This document shows, piece after piece, positions 58,623 through 64,000 of a stretch of DNA of 64,000 nt. The DNA is from an uncultured Acidobacteriota bacterium (GTDB lineage Bacteria; Acidobacteriota; Thermoanaerobaculia; UBA5066). The notes under the pieces are model-generated. The model was not told the origin of the DNA and made no database searches. It saw only the letters and a list, made by a program, of their open reading frames with translations. Every line of letters begins with the position of its first letter. Position 1 is the stretch's first letter. Made by a program: the position numbers and the translations under genes. Location of the stretch: assembly GCA_963779415.1 (NCBI GenBank), contig CAVZYA010000002.1, positions 352,001 through 416,000 of the forward strand, given 5' to 3'.

Positions 58623-61220
58623 CTACCCGTTTTCGCCCGCGCCGGCCGGCTCCGCGGCCGGTTCGGTGGTCGTGTCGTCGTCGCGCTCGACGAGCGTCGC
58701 GACGGCCACGACGCGATCCCCCTCGTCGAGGTCGATCAGCTTGACCCCCTGCGCGGCACGCCCCGTCTCGCGGACGTCGCTCGTCGCGATCCGGATCAGG
58801 ATCCCCTTCTCGGTGATCAGGAGGAGCTGGTCGGCGTCCGTCACCGATTTGATCCCGACGACGGCCCCGTTCTTCTCCGTCACCTTCACGTTGATGACGC
58901 CCGTACCGCCGCGCCCCTGCTGCCGGTACTCGGCCACGTCCGTCCGCTTCCCGTAACCCCGCTCCGTCACCGCGAGGAGCGTCGACGACTCCTCGACGAG
59001 GTCCATCTCGACGACGACGTCCCCCCCCCGGAGTTCGATCCCCTTGACTCCCGTCGTGTCGCGCCCCGTCGGCCGCACGTCCGTCTCGGAGAACTTGATT
59101 CCCATCCCGTCGCGGGTCCCGAGGAAGACGAGGCGGCTGCCGTCGGTGATCCCCGCCGAGAGGAGCTCGTCCCCCTCCTCGAGGTTGATCGCGATGATCC
59201 CGGACGCGCGCGGGTTCCCGTAGGCCGAAAGGAGCGTCTTCTTCACGAGCCCGTTCTTCGTCGCGAAGAGGATGAAGCGGTCCTCCGGGAAGGTCCGCGT
59301 CGTCGCGAGCGCCGCGACGCGCTCCCCCTCGCCGAGCTGGATCAGGTTCACGAGCGCCTTCCCCCGCGCCGCGGGGCCGAGGGAGGGGAGGTCGTACGAC
59401 TTCACCCAGTGGACGCGCCCCCGGTTCGTGAAGACGAGGAGGTAGTCGTGGGTCGAGGCGACGAAGAGCTGCTCGACGACGTCCTCTTCCTTCGTGGCCG
59501 CGCCCGTTCGCCCCTTCCCGCCCCGGCGCTGCGCCCGGTAGAGGGAGAGCGGCGAGCGTTTCGCGTAGCCGCCGCGGGTGACCGTGAGGACGACCTCTTC
59601 CTCGGCGATGAGGTCCTCCATCTCGAGAGAGCCCTCCGCCGCGGCGATCTCCGTCCTTCGCGGGTTTCCGAAGCGCTCCCGGAGGGAGGTCAGCTCGGCC
59701 TTCAGGATCGCGGTGACGCGCTCTGGCCGGCCGAGGATGTCGCGAAGGTCCGCGATCTGGGCGAGGACCTCCCGGTACTCCGCGACGATCTTGTCTCGCT
59801 CCAGCCCGGTCAGGCGCTGGAGGCGCATCTCGAGGATCGCCTGCGCCTGCACGGCGTCGAGCTTCAGGAAGCCCTCCTCGAGGCGCGCAGTGCCGGTCAG
59901 GTCGAGGGAGTCGACGCCGAGGAACCGCTCGAGCGCCCCCTTCTCGAAGGCGACCTCCGTCGTGAGCCGCTCCTTCGCCTCGCCCGGATCCTTCGAGGCG
60001 CGGATGATGGCGATGACCCGGTCGAGGTCCGCGAGGGCGAGGGCGAGGCCCAGGAGAAGATGCGCCCGCTCCTCGGCCTTTTTCAGGTCGAACTTCGTCC
60101 GCCGCACCACGACCTGCCGGCGGTGATCGAGGAAGTGCCGGAGCAGGTCCTTCAGCGGGAGGACCCGGGGCTGTCCGTCGACGATCGCGAGGAAGATAAC
60201 GCCGAAGGACGACTGGAGCGGTGTCAGGGCGAAGAGCTGGTTCAGGACGACCTGTGAGACGACGTCCCGCTTCAGGTCGACGACGATCCGCATCCCCTCC
60301 CGGTCCGATTCGTCCCGGATCGCGGAGATTCCCTCGATCCGCTTGTCGTTGACGAGCTCGGCGATCTGCTCGATGAGCCGCGCCTTGTTCACCTGGAACG
60401 GGATCTCGGAAACGACGATCGACTCCTTGTCCCCCTTCTTCGCCTTCTCGATCTCCGCGCGCCCCCGGACCTGGAGGATCCCGCGGCCGGTCCGGTAGGC
60501 GTCCGCGATTCCCTGCCGGCCGAGGATGACGCCCCCCGTCGGAAAGTCGGGACCGGGGAGGACGCGGAAGAGCTCGGCGAGCGGCGCCTGCGGGTCCTCG
60601 AGAAGGAGGATCGCCGCGTCGCACGCCTCCGCGAGGTTGTGCGGCGGGATCTTCGTCGCCATGCCGACCGCGATCCCCTCGGCCCCGTTCACGAGGAGGT
60701 TCGGGAAGGCCGCGGGAAGCACCGTCGGCTCCTCGAGGGAGACGTCGTAGTTGGGCGTCCAGTCGACGGTCTCCTTGTCGATGTCGTCGCCGAGCATCTC
60801 CTCGGCGAGGCGGGTCAGCCGGACCTCGGTGTAGCGCATCGCGGCCGCGGCGTCGCCGTCCACGGAGCCGAAGTTTCCCTGGCCGTCCACGAGGATCTCC
60901 CTCATGGAGAAGGCCTGCGCCATCCGGACCATCGTGTCGTAGATCGCGGCGTCGCCGTGGGGGTGGTACTTCCCCATGACGTCGCCGACGATGCGGGCCG
61001 ACTTCTTGTAGGGCCGCCCCGCCCGGTTCCCCTGCTCCCACATCCCGAAGAGGACGCGGCGGTGGACGGGCTTCAGGCCGTCGCGGACGTCGGGGAGCGC
61101 GCGCCCCACGATGACGGACATCGCGTAGTCGAGGTAGCTCCGCCGGATCTCCTCCTCGATGGAGACCGGGATCCGCTCGCCCGGCTCGACCGGCGGCGGC
61201 TTTTCGGGCTCGTCGCTCAC
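58623..61220 (-). CDS. gyrA: DNA gyrase subunit A
   Basis: [31 protein letters not shown], GyrA box QRRGGKG. Confidence 0.98.
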   Translation of the reverse strand: MSDEPEKPPPVEPGERIPVSIEEEIRRSYLDYAMSVIVGRALPDVRDGLKPVHRRVLFGMWEQGNRAGRPYKKSARIVGDVMGKYHPHGDAAIYDTMVRMAQAFSMREILVDGQGNFGSVDGDAAAAMRYTEVRLTRLAEEMLGDDIDKETVDWTPNYDVSLEEPTVLPAAFPNLLVNGAEGIAVGMATKIPPHNLAEACDAAILLLEDPQAPLAELFRVLPGPDFPTGGVILGRQGIADAYRTGRGILQVRGRAEIEKAKKGDKESIVVSEIPFQVNKARLIEQIAELVNDKRIEGISAIRDESDREGMRIVVDLKRDVVSQVVLNQLFALTPLQSSFGVIFLAIVDGQPRVLPLKDLLRHFLDHRRQVVVRRTKFDLKKAEERAHLLLGLALALADLDRVIAIIRASKDPGEAKERLTTEVAFEKGALERFLGVDSLDLTGTARLEEGFLKLDAVQAQAILEMRLQRLTGLERDKIVAEYREVLAQIADLRDILGRPERVTAILKAELTSLRERFGNPRRTEIAAAEGSLEMEDLIAEEEVVLTVTRGGYAKRSPLSLYRAQRRGGKGRTGAATKEEDVVEQLFVASTHDYLLVFTNRGRVHWVKSYDLPSLGPAARGKALVNLIQLGEGERVAALATTRTFPEDRFILFATKNGLVKKTLLSAYGNPRASGIIAINLEEGDELLSAGITDGSRLVFLGTRDGMGIKFSETDVRPTGRDTTGVKGIELRGGDVVVEMDLVEESSTLLAVTERGYGKRTDVAEYRQQGRGGTGVINVKVTEKNGAVVGIKSVTDADQLLLITEKGILIRIATSDVRETGRAAQGVKLIDLDEGDRVVAVATLVERDDDTTTEPAAEPAGAGENG

Positions 61221-61221
61221 G

Positions 61222-63999
<2,778 letters not shown>

Positions 64000-64000
64000 G

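Noticed and set aside
55725-60257. Very long ORFs such as 55725-60257 (+), 2110-5547 (+), 14010-16925 (+) and 57664-61041 (-)
   Set aside because: These are antisense or off-frame shadows of real genes, expected at high GC, with Arg/Pro/Gly-rich nonsense composition. Only the last 94 aa of 57664-61041 is a real gene.

Overview
High-GC (about 70% by eye) bacterial chromosome segment. Gene content and protein style suggest Acidobacteriota, probably Thermoanaerobaculia (inference). It is mostly core housekeeping genes: recF(partial)-gyrB-gyrA, pdxR-pdxS-pdxT, dprA-topA...trmFO-xerC-hslV-hslU-dapF, class II ribonucleotide reductase nrdJ with tandem NrdR boxes, Fe-S assembly genes, a photolyase and a lytic transglycosylase. 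There are two lower-GC accessory patches: a decayed IS1595-family element with small cargo genes (about 11.57-13.9 kb), and an AraC / secreted S8 protease / Vgb-propeller island (about 19.36-25.0 kb). The most notable signals are absent from the ORF track or invisible to routine annotation. (1) A 68-aa membrane-anchored ORF with an in-frame UGA, a SECIS-like hairpin right after it, and a read-through stop overlapping the DUF302 start (candidate new selenoprotein). (2) A complete Phe/Tyr leader-peptide attenuator upstream of a PDT-DAHP synthase-chorismate mutase triple fusion. (3) A transaldolase homologue lacking the Schiff-base lysine. (4) A YjzC-like mini-gene nested antisense inside another IS cargo ORF, next to a hairpin-rich spacer. 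(5) A repeated layout with a -10 hexamer just upstream of the start codon, suggesting leaderless mRNAs. No rRNA, tRNA or CRISPR array was seen. All assignments come from motif recognition by eye; no database searches were run.
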